From: Octopus sinensis
Lineage: Eukaryota
Direction: 5' to 3'
NCBI RefSeq assembly: GCF_006345805.1
Contig: NC_043019.1
Coordinates: 2,232,001-2,296,000, forward strand
Length of the DNA stretch: 64,000 nucleotides
The notes below the pieces were generated by a model, which searched no databases, was not told where the DNA came from, and worked only from the letters and a program-made list of their open reading frames with translations. The position numbers and the translations under genes were made by a program. Positions 1 to 12,375 of this stretch are shown here, in pieces. The number at the start of each line of letters is the position of its first letter. Within the stretch, counting starts at the first letter, position 1.

Positions 1-274
1 AAGAAATAATTATTTTCGAAATTTTTTCTCTTATGAGGTTTTTACGCTATCTACCTGACAATTTCTTGTTAAGTTTTCCTTATTAAGTAGTTGTCCTTAA
101 TTGCTAAATTTTTATTCCGAAAAAACTTTTCCTCTCCCGAAATGCAATTCGTAAAAGTTTACCATTTACCCGGATGTAATATATATAAACTCACCCATGT
201 GCTTCGTTGATGTTGATCAGTTAGCTGATCGGCTTAAGCGAGGCAGGGTCGTTGTTTATTTATAATACATTCAA

Positions 275-318
275 GCCTGCTGATGATTACGTAAGTATGA
301 AATCACTGTGATACAGGT
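275..318 (+). ncRNA. Type I hammerhead ribozyme-like motif
   Basis: Stem I GCCTG/CAGGT; core CTGATGA (280-286); stem II TAC-GTAA-GTA closed by T.T instead of G-C; GAAA (299-302); stem III TCA-CTG-TGA; UA cleavage triplet end at 312-313. Confidence 0.6.
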
Positions 319-402
319 CTATATTTTTTAAATGTCTTACTTTGAAAAATTGCATTCGGTGGGATTAGTAATATTTTTGGTAGAAATGACTGATTGTCCC
401 TC

Positions 403-546
403 TTAGCGTTTGGCATGTATATATAATGCCTCCTGGCATGTATGTATAATGCCCTCTATATATAATATATATATATAATATATAATATATATATATAATA
501 CATATATATATATACATATATATATTATATACATATATATATATAC

Positions 547-609
<63 letters not shown>

Positions 610-665
610 CATATTATTTATACATATATATATATACATATATATATAAATATACATATATATAT

Positions 666-703
<38 letters not shown>

Positions 704-850
704 TATATATATATATATTTATATATATATATATATATTATATATATATATTTATATATATATATATTTATATATATATATATTTATATATATATAATAT
801 ATATATAATATATATATATAATATATATATATATAATATATATATATATA
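403..850. repeat. Compound (TA)n/(TATAC) microsatellite
   Basis: About 450 bp of nearly pure TA dinucleotide with interruptions; source of the spurious YIYI ORFs. Confidence 0.98.
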
Positions 851-1079
851 TGGGGGAGTGAGTGTGTGTATCATGGACTCTCCTGTCGATAGACAACGTA
901 TGAGGGTTCGGCAATTTTTGCCGAACTACCACACAGATGATTTGTCTATAGTGATCAAATGTTTGTGTACATGTACATAAAACATGATGATCGAAAGAAA
1001 TTATACTGGTTACTCTTGTTCTTGTGGTTGATCCAATATCATCCTTGATGCAGCAGACGTGATTATCCTCTGTACAATA

Positions 1080-1490
1080 GGCACAAAGCCTGAAATTTTA
1101 ACGGAGTGGAATTAGTCGATTACATAGAATATAGTATTCGACTGGTACTTATTTTATCGACCCGAACGGATGAAAGGCAAAATCAGGCTTAGCAGAATTT
1201 GAATTCAAAACTGGAAGAAATGCCGCTAAGTATTTAGCCTGGCCTACTGGTGTTTCTTATTTCTTTATTGCTCACATGGGGCTAAACATAGAGACGACAA
1301 ACAAGGACAGACAAAGGGATTAAGTCGATTACATCGACCCCAGTACGTAACTGGTACTTAATTTATCGACCACGAAAGGATGAAAGGCAAAGTCGACCTC
1401 GGCGGAATTTGAACTCAGAACGTAACGGCAGACGAAATACCGCTAGGCATTTCGTCCGGCGTGCTAACGTTTCTGCCAGCTCGTCGCCTT
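1080..1490 (-). mobile_element. Two adjacent family-A SINEs (older degenerate copy 1080-1247, younger copy 1258-1490)
   Basis: Reverse complement of the family-A consensus seen repeatedly in this window (ggcggcgagctggcagaaacgttagc...gactttgcctttcatcctttcggggtcgataaattaagtacc...gtaaagaaata). Confidence 0.85.
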
Positions 1491-2181
1491 AGTAGGCGTA
1501 ATAATCAAGTTATCGCAGTAACAATTACGTCTTTCGTGAATCTCAAGCCATGACCTGTTTTAAATCAATTAGACAGACTCTTTCAAATTGGGTCCCACGT
1601 CAAGAGAGGGCCCAACGCACACGCTCGAGCGGAGGGTGCCTTGGTGAATTAAACATTTCCTAATATCTTTATTGCTTTGGTGATTTACTCAACAAAGCCG
1701 GTAACAGTCGCATCGGGTGTAAGAATTTTTATTTTAACCATAACTGATTGAAACACGCCTACATAACTAAGGTGATACAGTTTCACAAGAGAGACTAAAT
1801 AATTTGGCGATACTATCAATAGAAAGTAACATTACAAAAACCATTGACTGTGAAATGATTTTGAAAGAATTCACCGATAAAAGAAGCCAGAAAAATCTGT
1901 TTTATAAGGCCTATTCACAAAAAAGTTCGACATTAATTATCTTGACTCGTAATGAAACATTAAAACTTTCATATGAGCTTTCAATTTTTAGTATATCATT
2001 GTAGCTAATGGTGGAGCCTGAAGACCTCAAAACTTTTTGGCTGGGATTGGCGTACTACATGAAGCATAAAACACTAATCTTCAACTTTTGTTAAGTACAG
2101 GGCCCTACTGGCAATTCTCTAACTGGGTCCTGCACTTCTTAGCGCTGATCTTGTCTCCAGCCATTATATTTTTCAGGCAGA

Positions 2182-2412
2182 AAGGCGGCGAGCTGGCAGA
2201 CATGTTAGCGCGCCGGGTGAAATGTTTAGCGGTATTTCGTCTGTCGTTACGTTCTGAGTTCAAATTCCACCGAGGTCGACTTTGCCTTTCATCCTTTCGT
2301 GGTCGATAAATAAAGTACCAGTCTCGCACTGGGTCGATGTAATGGACTTAATCCGTTTGTGTGTCCTTGTTTGTCCCCTCTATGTTTAGCTCCTTGTGGG
2401 CAATAAAGAAAT
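2182..2412 (+). mobile_element. Family-A SINE with 16-bp TSD
   Basis: Full-length consensus match; TATATTTTTCAGGCAG at 2165-2180 and 2414-2429. Confidence 0.92.
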
Positions 2413-2729
2413 ATATATTTTTCAGGCAGTGAGGTATGACTTATACGAGACTTGGCTATTGTTTCTAGCAGGTTGACGGACCACATTAATAGCTCTTATC
2501 ATTGGTTTTTTTTATTGTAGCAGTATAATTTAGGGGGGAAACTCCTACTGACCTGACTTCATTTCGTCAATGTGGTTGCCATATCCGGTAGTATACTTTT
2601 TTTAATAGAAAAAAAATCATTTACATTGCAGAGCAGGCGTTTCAACATCTCAGCTTTCCAATTAACTTATTTCTAATAAAGATATGACGAATTACACTAA
2701 AAAACAACAACAAAACACACTACTACTAT

Positions 2730-2763
<34 letters not shown>

Positions 2764-3094
2764 TCTTGAAATACTACTACGTCATAATAAAAGACAGATT
2801 CCGCTAATCCACCAGCTCCATCTGAAGAAATCTTATCGTGTAGAATAATAATGTAATAATGTATGGAAAATAGAAGTAAACACGTTTATAATTTGTGGAG
2901 CAGTTTATGTCAATATACTATGAGATTCCCATCAGGTATTCAAGATTTTTTGCCTTTAGGAAGTCCCACAACATTTTGAATTATACTCGTGGGAAGGTTT
3001 CAATTAAAAAACACACTGCAATTTGTTGGAACATCCGCTATATCTAGTTCCCTTTAGATTACATAATGTTAAGTCGCTATAGATCTACAGTTAT

Positions 3095-3403
3095 GAAGGC
3101 GCGTGGCTTGGTGGTTAGGGGTATTCGGTTCGCGATCGTAAGGACGTGATTTCGATTCCCGGCGGCATGATCTGTCCTTGAGCAAAACATTTTATTTCAC
3201 GATACTCCAGTCCGCTCAGCTGGTAAAAAATTAGCAGAGCCTGTAATTGTCACATCATGTGTCACGCCGAATCTCCCTGAGAACTACGTTAAGAGTGCAC
3301 ATATCTGTGGAGTGCTCAACTATTTGCACGTTAATTTCACGAGCTGGTTGTTCCGTGGATCGGATCAACTGGAACACTCCCGTTGTAACCGACCGAGTTC
3401 CAG
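3095..3403 (+). mobile_element. Family-C tRNA-headed SINE (CORE-like centre)
   Basis: tRNA-like A and B boxes (tggcttggtggttagg ... ttcgattcc), tccttgagcaaaac centre; homologous to 28191-28498 and 48445-48648. Confidence 0.8.
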
Positions 3404-3469
3404 TTTAATTTTTTATGGGTTTACATTCATGTGGCCAGCGATATATCACAGTACTTGTACATGTGGCTA

Positions 3470-3835
3470 CATTCACCCTGGGCGGGTTGAGTCGGCTTCT
3501 TCTATTGCATTCGCCATTGAGAATTCATGGAAGAAGTTTCGTGGGAATATGTGGATTTCACAAGCGGTCCCCAACAATCCCGCATGTAGAGACATCCTGT
3601 TTGCCGCAGATTGTCCGCAGACGCAGGAACAGAACGACCGAGGAGCCGCCGGTTGCCGAAACAGACTCTCCGAGGATTTTCACCAGGACCCCGTCTGCTG
3701 GGTTGTGGCCGTAAAACCACTCGGTGTCAGACCAATCCGCCTTGGGTGGCCCTACCAGGAACCGAAGTTCCCGATGGCATAGCTCTGACACTACCCGTTG
3801 CCAGCGTCCCCACCACGGTGAGGAGGGGATGGTTA
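3470..3835 (+). mobile_element. GC-rich fragment resembling an RTE LINE 5' leader
   Basis: Sharply higher GC than background; gggtggccctaccagg...cccgatggcatagctct...ccccaccacgg...gaggagggg resembles RTE 5' UTR motifs as I recall them; no RT or endonuclease motif seen. Confidence 0.3.
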
Positions 3836-4633
3836 ATATACTAGTGAAAACTTAAGCATTCTATTCAATACTGTGGATTATTGATAGTAAACATTTAGTC
3901 GAGACAGCAAGGGAGGGTACGGGCTGTTATATGATCGTTGTACTTCCTAGAAGTAGCAGTCGTATAACAACTTACTGTCCCCAAAGTGCAAGGACACATT
4001 ACATAATGAGGAAATATTTAGCCGTATTTAGCAAGCGAGTATGATCTGGCAGTTTTTGCTTGTATTTTAGGAGTTTATATGACAGTGGGTTGATAGAGAC
4101 AGTTTCAGTTAATCCCGCCTCTGTTTGACCAAGTGGAACATTAAAAACTTGACAGCGAGAGAGAGAAAGAGAGAAAGAGATGAAGTAGAGGGAGGGAGGT
4201 GGAGAGATAAGCAGAGGGAGATGAGGTAGAGAGAGGGAGGTGGAGAGATAAGCAGAGAGAGAGAGAGATAGCTGCACCAGCAGTTGGTTGGTGGCTCACT
4301 TTTTGATGATTAGACTGGGGCAAGGTGAAACGAAGTTCCTTACCCAAGGACTAGGCTACGCGGCTTATGAAATCATATATAACCGTAAAAATGATGAGAT
4401 GTTATACATTCGAACGCCATTCAATCATGGGTCTGATCTATCTGAACTGACCCGGACTAAACAATAACATTTCTTTGTAATAAATCTTTAAAACAATACT
4501 TCATCTTTGTATCGTATCAATGTTGTTACAATATAAACGCAAGTATTATACGATAATCTTAGAAAGTTGATTTTAAATCCTCTAACAAAAGCCCGTTTAT
4601 ACAGAAAACATATTGATATACATGTAAAGTGAA

Positions 4634-4812
4634 GGCTGCGAACTGGCAGAATCGTTACCACGCTGAGGCAGAATGCTTAGCGGCGTTTTGTCCATCTTTA
4701 CGTCCTGAATTCAAATTCCGACGGGGTTGACTTTGCCTTACATCATTTCGGCTTCGATAAAATACGTACCAGTTGTGTACTGGAGTCGATGTAATTGACT
4801 TAACTCCTCCCC
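4634..4812 (+). mobile_element. Family-A SINE, older variant
   Basis: aaggctgcgaactggcagaatcgtta...gactttgccttacatcatttcggcttcgataaaatacgtaccag; diverged 3' end. Confidence 0.75.
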
Positions 4813-4841
4813 GAGAAATATTCTTAATATTTTGTCAGTTA

Positions 4842-4889
<48 letters not shown>

Positions 4890-5224
4890 TTAATTTGTTT
4901 ATATTTCTATATTTAAGTCCAAAATTACACAGGATTACATTAATGGCATACACACAGAGACTTATTTTTTTCTTCAGTAACGTCTACATGTTCACTATCT
5001 CTGTCTGTATGTCTCTCTGTCTGTCTCTCTCTCTCTCTCTCACTCTCTCTCTCTTTCACACTCTTTACCGCCTGAAATGCAAACAGATCTCGAAGACAAA
5101 CTTCACCGCCTTGGCAAAATTCTTCATTCATAAATATTTACAAACATCACCGTATCGGCAAGTATTTTTAAATATTTATAATTACCTTCTTTTTATATTT
5201 AGCTTTCTTTAAATAGACAATATT

Positions 5225-5455
5225 TGTTTCTTTATTACCCACAAGGGGCTAAACATAGAGGGGACAAACAAGGACAGACAAACGGATTAAGTCGATTATA
5301 TCGACCCCAGTGCGTAACTGGTACTTAATTTATCGACTCCGTAAGGATGAAAGGCAAAGTCGACCTCGGCGGAATTTGAACTCAGAACGTAACGGCAGAC
5401 GAAATACGGCTACGCATTTCGCCCGGCGTGCTAACGTTTCTGCCAGCTCGCTGCC
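5225..5455 (-). mobile_element. Family-A SINE with 17-bp TSD
   Basis: Consensus match; TTTAAATAGACAATATT at 5208-5224 and 5456-5472. Confidence 0.92.
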
Positions 5456-5740
5456 TTTAAATAGACAATATTATCAAGCTTTCTTTCAATAGACACTATT
5501 TTAATTGTATGACTTACAAATTACAACTCATTTACTAATCTCATGTTCTATTCACTTTGGAACTTTTTAAGCAGAAAAATCTTTCAGAACAGTCAAACAT
5601 CCATAAAAGATACAGAAAAAATAATTTTGAAGTGCAAAAATCTTATTTACTTTCTTATATATTGTTATTCCTGTTTACCAGAAAAAAATCAGCGTCCATC
5701 GAATAAAAATGAAAATGTTGTTATTGAGAGAGAGAGAGTG

Positions 5741-5773
<33 letters not shown>

Positions 5774-6423
5774 GGTATTTCTTTATTCACCATAAAGTTG
5801 AGAAAAAGAGGGGACAAAACAAACGTTGGGGTCAGGGTATCGAATGAGACGAAACATATGAATAAACAAACAATTAAAATATATACAATTAAATGAGAAT
5901 GAGTGAATAACAAAAAATGAAGCGGAGGACGTGGTTGACCCCACAAACCACATACTCACACTGAAGACTTTGCTTTCTCCTTTTTCACATTCTTGATTAA
6001 ACAGGTTCTTTCACTCTCAACATACTTGCTATAGACTTCCATCTTTTACGAAACACACTTTGCGACAGGCATTTCTTCTCTAGCCTTATTTTCCGTTTCA
6101 TGTGGAAAAAGAGAGAGAGAGAGGGGGAGGGAGAAATAGAGACAGTGAGTGAAAAAGAGAGAGAGTGTGTGTGTGCGTCTGTAGATAGAGAGAGAGTGAG
6201 AGGAAGAGAGAGAGGCAGCATTCATCAATAAAGTGAAAAGGATTTTGCTGAGAGGAGAGAGAGAGGGGGGCGAGAGGCGTTGTTTGATACCACTCCCTCT
6301 CTCATTGTTATTACCATTTTGTCTCTTCCCTTTTTTTTACTCTTACTTACACTGACTGCTACTCCCTTATTACGTGATTTTGGACAAACTTACAAACAAG
6401 CTCATTATTATAATAGATTTTAT

Positions 6424-6833
6424 GGATCTTTTCGGTTTGAACGGCAGTTTTTAACATAATTTCTAGGTAACTAAAGAATTTTAAACTTCGTATACTGGTA
6501 GAATGTGTTTATAAAACATCTTTTTCTCTTGGCTTTATTGAGAAAATTCTATAGTTTGTAAGATATTTGTTGCTTTTTTTCTTCAATTTCTGCAATTTCA
6601 ATCAATCAGTGACGTCTATTGAGGTATGAATATGTCTCTTGTTTGAGAAACGGATTGCGTTTATTTACATTTGTGAAGAAAAAAAATATATACCCTTCCC
6701 CCACCCCTAACCCTAAGCAACCCTAACCCTAAAACAGATTGAAATGCAATAGATCGATTCTAGGGTCATAATTATGTGTGACAATTTCATATGACACCGC
6801 TTGAAAAAACTGCCGTTCAAACCGAAAAGATCC
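6424..6833. mobile_element. Merlin-like MITE containing (CCCTAA)n
   Basis: TIR GGATCTTTTCGGTTTGAACGGCAGTTTTT and its inverse; perfect 8-bp TSD GATTTTAT (6416-6423, 6834-6841); CCCTAA hexamers at 6705-6732. Superfamily inferred from GG termini plus 8-bp TSD. Confidence 0.8.
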
Positions 6834-8632
6834 GATTTTATGTCTTTCCGATTTAGGCTTTAGTTATGAAGTGTCTGCATCACCAGTATAAACTTACTAG
6901 GAATTTCTAGATCTAAAATCTTCAGAAGTTTTCATTGACATGTTAAATGCTCTGAGACATGAATTTTGTTCCGGAAGTACATTTTTATTTTTTAAGGAAA
7001 TTCAGAGTTTGATGACTCAATAAGAGGAAGTGAAAGAAGATCTTTGGAGCATGAAAAGTAAATATAAAAAAAGTAAAACGTGATCTAAATAAAAAGAAGA
7101 GTTACTGGTATGTAGTGCATTTCGCTCCTTCACCTTATTAGCAGACGACATATTTCTGAAAGCTATTAAAGGTCTTTGGCAGTTGAATGACCCAAAGGAG
7201 TGGAGAAGCTAGTGGGAAGATAAACATGACAAACCTATGGGATGGTGTAAGCTTACCAACGCTACTTGGTATTGCCATTTTATAGAAAATCTTGGAGAAC
7301 ATTGAGTTTGAAGGTGAAAGAAAAAACATAGTGTGTAAATATTTGTAAGTACTATAAGGAGAGAAAGATGACAAAGATATTAGCAGCAATTTTCTATATA
7401 CATTTGAGCAACTAAAACAAACAGTATTTGTAGAAAAGCTTACATTATTTTGTTTATAATGAAATAAGGAAAAAAAACCCCACCAAAAACACTTTTTTCT
7501 TTGCTTCTATTCAATATAAAAATCAACTTCCTCAAAGATTTCCCACATGATAACTATATTTTACGGTCTTATCTTTAAATGTACACCGCCTAATAGCAAG
7601 AGCAGAGTTTTGAATATTGTGCAACAACGGATAGATTTCAGCCGTACAGAATCCGAGAATCAGTTCCGAATCCATTTGATTTGAATTTATTTTACTAATA
7701 CCAGTAATTCTCCTAACATATCCACGAATGACCCGAAGTTTCGTTTCATTATTCTAGTTTTAAGAAAAATACGGTCTTAGCTGAAGTTAGAGTTAGTGTC
7801 AGATGAAAAGATTCAACTCAATGATCCAATTAAAGAATACCGGTATTGAATGCTTCTGCAAGGTCTATAGCTCATTGTTACCATATTTTAGTTTGCCCAC
7901 GATAAGGGCTTTCTTAAAAGGTTTTTCAATTATCAAAAATTGTAAAAGGATGAACAAAATAGTCAACGTAACACAATGAAGTCAGTAGATGTAGTTATCA
8001 ATATCGTAATATTAGAATTTTATATTAAGTTTTGCTGAATCGTTATAATGTCGGAGTTGAGGTATTTAAGCACGGCTGTCTACGTTCTAAATTAAAATCC
8101 CATAGAGGTCTAATGTGCCTTCCGTTCTTCTGTAAATCTATAAAATAAGCACCGGTTGAATCTAATGAGCTTTATCCAAATTTCATTTCCTTTTACCTGT
8201 GTCAGTAATCCATATCTGAATAAAGATATGGAAGAACAAAATCATTCATTTCAAGCGAAAGAAAATAACACAGAAAAATGTATAACCCTTTTTCCCTATA
8301 CTACAGTAGGTTAGTTAATGTGAGTGTGTGAGTGTGTGTATATGCATGCGTGTATGTTTTTAATACTGAGTAGGAGAAAAAGTAACGTCGAATCATTTTA
8401 TCTGTCCAAGTGAGAGAGATGAAAAACCAAGCAGTAATTAATAGAATGGCCATATTTGAACCCGCAAACTAAAATGACGATACTTATTATAACGTATTTT
8501 GCTTGGTGCTCCGAAAGAACTTTGCTTATATCCCTTGCGAAATAATTATATATATTACTGTTGTTGATGCTGTTGTTACGCAAACCTAAGTCTATTCTAT
8601 TCCAGGCTGTTGGCTGAAGAACAAAATGTAAA

Positions 8633-8900
8633 CCACATCTGACTATCATCTGTTCCCTAACATAGAAAAAAAAACACTCGCCTGGGAATCAGTATCGCAG
8701 TGATGATGACCTAATATCAGCTGTGGATAACTTTTTTAACCAAGAGGATGAAAGCTTCTTCGACAAAGAGATCCAAGCAATGCAGCACCGATGGGAGAAG
8801 TATATGGACCGCAAATAAACCCCATTTGGTCACAAATCCCACTTGGTCACAAACCCCATTTGGTCACATTCAATGAGAGTATCTTTTCAACCGATCCTCG
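8633..8900 (+). mobile_element. Mariner transposase C-terminus plus 3' TIR (decayed)
   Basis: DYHLFPN...NQYRSDDDLISAVDNFFNQEDESFFDKEIQAMQHRWEKY matches the mariner C-terminus; ends ttttcaaccgatcctcg then TA (8901-8902); a 17-bp unit (aaccccatttggtcaca) is triplicated near 8818-8870. Confidence 0.88.
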
Positions 8901-10200
8901 TAGGAATCATCGTTATCACTTCACTCCATAAAAGAATACCTTACTTTTGCAGCTCCTATGACATTCATTTTGACCTCAGAGATTAATATAGTGGTTAAAC
9001 AGATATCTGTTCTGAAAGGAAAAAAGGAAACAACTCTGTCTGCAAAATGCATCCATAGCTAAGGCGGCATTAACCCAGCCAACGGTTTAGGTCTCCCACT
9101 TAAAATACAACTCGGTATTACATGAAACTTGTAAAGAGTGAGAAGACCTAATTCCTTTTGACAATTCTGTCGAGTTGACAAAGCTGTCGACTTTAACCAT
9201 CGACTACCAGCACAGAACTTTTAAGAACAAATACGTTAGCAAAATATTACCTTCATTACAATATTTTATTTCATTAATAAAATTCTACCAGTTTAGTGTT
9301 TCTAATGAAATATGACATCTTACTTAACCAGGTGACCTGCTTTCCTAAACGAATTAATATTGGTAAACTATATTCCGTGGGCGAATAACTATTTAAGTTT
9401 AGTTCTCAAGATATTCTGGTTATGAATTCTTTGGTCGTCAATCTCGTTCAAAGACTTCACTAGTTTTCTTCTGGAAAGGTTAGTAACATTCCTGCATATT
9501 GCTGGAATCCTCCATTCTTTATGTGTTTTACGTTCTCAGAAATACCATACACAGCGGTTATGATCCAAAACGAAATGTCAGCTAAAAATTGTACTAAAAG
9601 AATGTAAGAACTGCCGTTGGGCATTTATTTGAGTTCCAACCACCAACACAACTGCTATTCACAATAAAAAGAGCAGGAAATAAAATAAAATAGGACTGAA
9701 ACAAAAAAAAAACACAGCACAGCTTTGTTGCTGTTTAGCTATTCCGAAAAGCCCATCTTATACTTATGAATATACAAAACTACATGTTTTTTAAAAATAC
9801 CTGATATAATTCCTACTTCTTGCTGGATGAGGGCCCACTAGATTTTCTTTCGATGGAATGTACAACATGAAGTTACTCTTGTTGCTACTTAGCAGCTGAC
9901 CAACGTGAATCGAGTAAACCTATGATCAAAGGTATCCTAACCGTAGCCACAATATGTGCGTGTAAAGCTACCTTATCCCATCTATCCTTTTCCTATCGAT
10001 ATTGGCTGGTCATTTAGTTTTAATGAGGATGCATATGACAAAATGCATAAAATATATTTATTTATAGTCTAAACATCTGAAGGTAGCCCAACTGATTATT
10101 TGTTCATGTTTTAATGTTTCTCTCAATATCTCAATGTGTTCCATTCTAAAAAAGTACTTTTCCACAAACACACACACACACCACACACATACACACACAT

Positions 10201-10255
<55 letters not shown>

Positions 10256-10262
<7 letters not shown>

Positions 10263-10541
10263 ATCACGTGACCGACCAGATGTTGTTACACATCGCTGGT
10301 CACAATGCGTTCGCATTGTTTTAGCCTTCGAATGACGCCACCCCGCTGGCTAAGCGAACAGGCCAACAGAAGAAAGAGTGGTGAAAGAGTACACCAGGGA
10401 TCACCCCCCCCCCCTGCCGGAGCCTCGTGGAGCTTTTAGGTGTTTTCGCTCAATAAACACTCACAACGCCCGGTCTGGAATCGAAACCGCGATCCTGCGA
10501 CCGCGAGTCCGCTGCCCTAACACTGGGCCATTGCGCCTCCA
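10256..10541 (-). mobile_element. Family-F tRNA-headed SINE, tail type 1
   Basis: Head ggaggcgcaatggcccagt...ggtttcgattcc; shared body cctgccggagcctcgtgga...ttttcgctcaataaacac; tail ends in (CACGTGAT)2. Confidence 0.8.
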
Positions 10542-10600
10542 CACACACACACACACACACAGACACACACACATATACACATATATATATATATATATAG

Positions 10601-10643
<43 letters not shown>

Positions 10644-11014
10644 CACATATATATATATATATGTATAGAGACTGTTGTTATGTCCTGTTATGTTATTATG
10701 TTGTTTTTTGTATTTATATTCGTATTATCTTTTGTTTTGTTTTTTGTATTCGTGTAAAATCGTCCGTTTTTCTGTCCTTGTTTCGTATACATTCGATCCT
10801 TTTTCCAAGAAATCTAATGCTCGCAGCTTAGTTTTTCCTTGGGACTGGCCAGATCAGAGCAATCTCAAAATAAATCACCCGAAATTGCGAGGATCATCCG
10901 GTTCTTGACCGAAGATTAGAGGCTTCGAATTACCCATCCGTATTTTTTGTATCGTCTATCTGATGTTTGCGTTCTTGTCCCATTTTGTATATACACACAA
11001 CACACACACACATA

Positions 11015-11086
<72 letters not shown>

Positions 11087-11087
<1 letters not shown>

Positions 11088-11750
11088 ATAATAAATCTCT
11101 GAGCGAGGTATAAACAGTAAAACTGCTCTTAATATAAGCGGGATCAGCCATCTGAATGTGGCTAGGGACAGGGCGGGGTGGTGGGGGTGTTACTGATGCA
11201 TTTAGCCTCAGGCGATTATTGACGTCACCAGAAGAGCCGACACCATCACGGTGTCCTTGCTGGCCTGCAAGGACACCGTGATGGTGTCGGCTCTTCTGTG
11301 ACGTCAATAGTCGCCTGGGGCTAAATGCATCAGTAACACCCCCACCACCCCGCCCTGTCCCTAGCCACATTCAGATGGCTGATCCCGCTTATATTAAGAG
11401 CAGTTACTGTTTATACCTCGCTCAGAGATTTATTATTGTTTTCGAACAGATTTTCTACGCCAGTGCCTGTGGTTAGTGTGAAAATCTAATATATATCTGG
11501 CCTGTACAGGAAGTCCCTAAACGAAGAACGGTGCTTGCCATGCGCTGACGAGAGGCGATTACGTCGAAACCGGTCCGTGTGTAGCATCCGTATCTTCGGG
11601 GAGGCTGATCTCCCTTTGCAGGCCAGCAGGACACCGTGATGGTGTCGGCTCTTCTGGTGACGTCAATAGTCGCCTGGGGCTAAATGCATCAGTAACACCC
11701 CCACCACCCCGCCCTGTCCCTAGCCGCATTCAGATGGCTGATCCCGCTTA
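11087..11750. mobile_element. HHR-bearing 358-bp repeat array 1 (inverted arm + tandem copies); PLE pseudo-LTR or retrozyme-like
   Basis: Near-perfect palindrome 11087-11437; right arm recurs in direct orientation (ggacaccgtgatgg at 11271 and 11629, period 358); (TA)n on both sides. Confidence 0.85.
11539..11581 (+). ncRNA. Minimal type I hammerhead ribozyme in array 1
   Basis: Stem I CATGCG/CGTGTG (two G.U); core CTGACGA; stem II GAGG-cgatta-CGTC (one mismatch); GAAA; palindromic stem III ACCGGT; UC cleavage at 11574-11575. Confidence 0.78.
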
Positions 11751-11769
11751 CATATATATATATCTAATA

Positions 11770-11802
<33 letters not shown>

Positions 11803-11839
11803 TATATATATATATACATATACATATATACATATTGTG

Positions 11840-12375
11840 GAGTTGCAAGGTACATTCGCGAAGATGTCACACCATTAACCTCGATATCTTTCGATGAAAG
11901 ATCTTTTACTGGGACAGTTTGCTATTATAATGAAGAGTTCAGAAATATGGATTCAACGATAAGATTAGAAACAAAAAACGTAAAACCAAGAATAAAAAGT
12001 AATAATTTATAGTACTACCCAGTATTTAATCTAGGTGTGAAAAGTAATATGACTAGAGAATTCCTTAATTTGAAAGATCACTATTCTGTGCCGAGACATA
12101 TGTATATAAATATATTAAATAGAAGCTGTATTAAGGTTATTCAGCTGAAAAGAATACGGTTGGTATATCAAAGGTTACAATGGTACAAGGCTGAATGCAA
12201 CAGATGTGCGAACAGATGACCTAATCAGCATAATTCGAGAAAGTTGCCCATTAGACAATAACTGCTTGAGAAAGTCGATGGTATATAGCGCTAAACAAAC
12301 AACAGAGAAAGCATTTATTAGAACCACTGAACTAACATTCAATAAACGATTTTGTTGGTCCAAACATTCGTCAGC
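11840..12375 (+). mobile_element. Penelope-like RT-thumb, linker and GIY-YIG ORF remnant
   Basis: SNNL*YYPVFNLGVKSNMTREFLNLKDHY...ILNRSCIK resembles the PLE IIWFNPPF...GREFLNLIDKHF...IFNRNTIK motif (TGG to TAG at W); after a frameshift SCPLDNNCLRKSMVYSA...FIRTTELTFNKRF resembles the Cys linker and GIY-YIG. Confidence 0.8.

Noticed and set aside
3470-3600. HDV-like ribozyme at the putative RTE leader
   Set aside because: I could not build the nested double pseudoknot by eye.
6895-6930. Minus-strand CTGAAGA...GAAA
   Set aside because: Stem II would be a loop-less palindrome, and stems I and III do not pair.
7138-7389. Exon-like purine-rich segment
   Set aside because: All plus frames contain stops within the candidate splice boundaries and no motif is recognisable.
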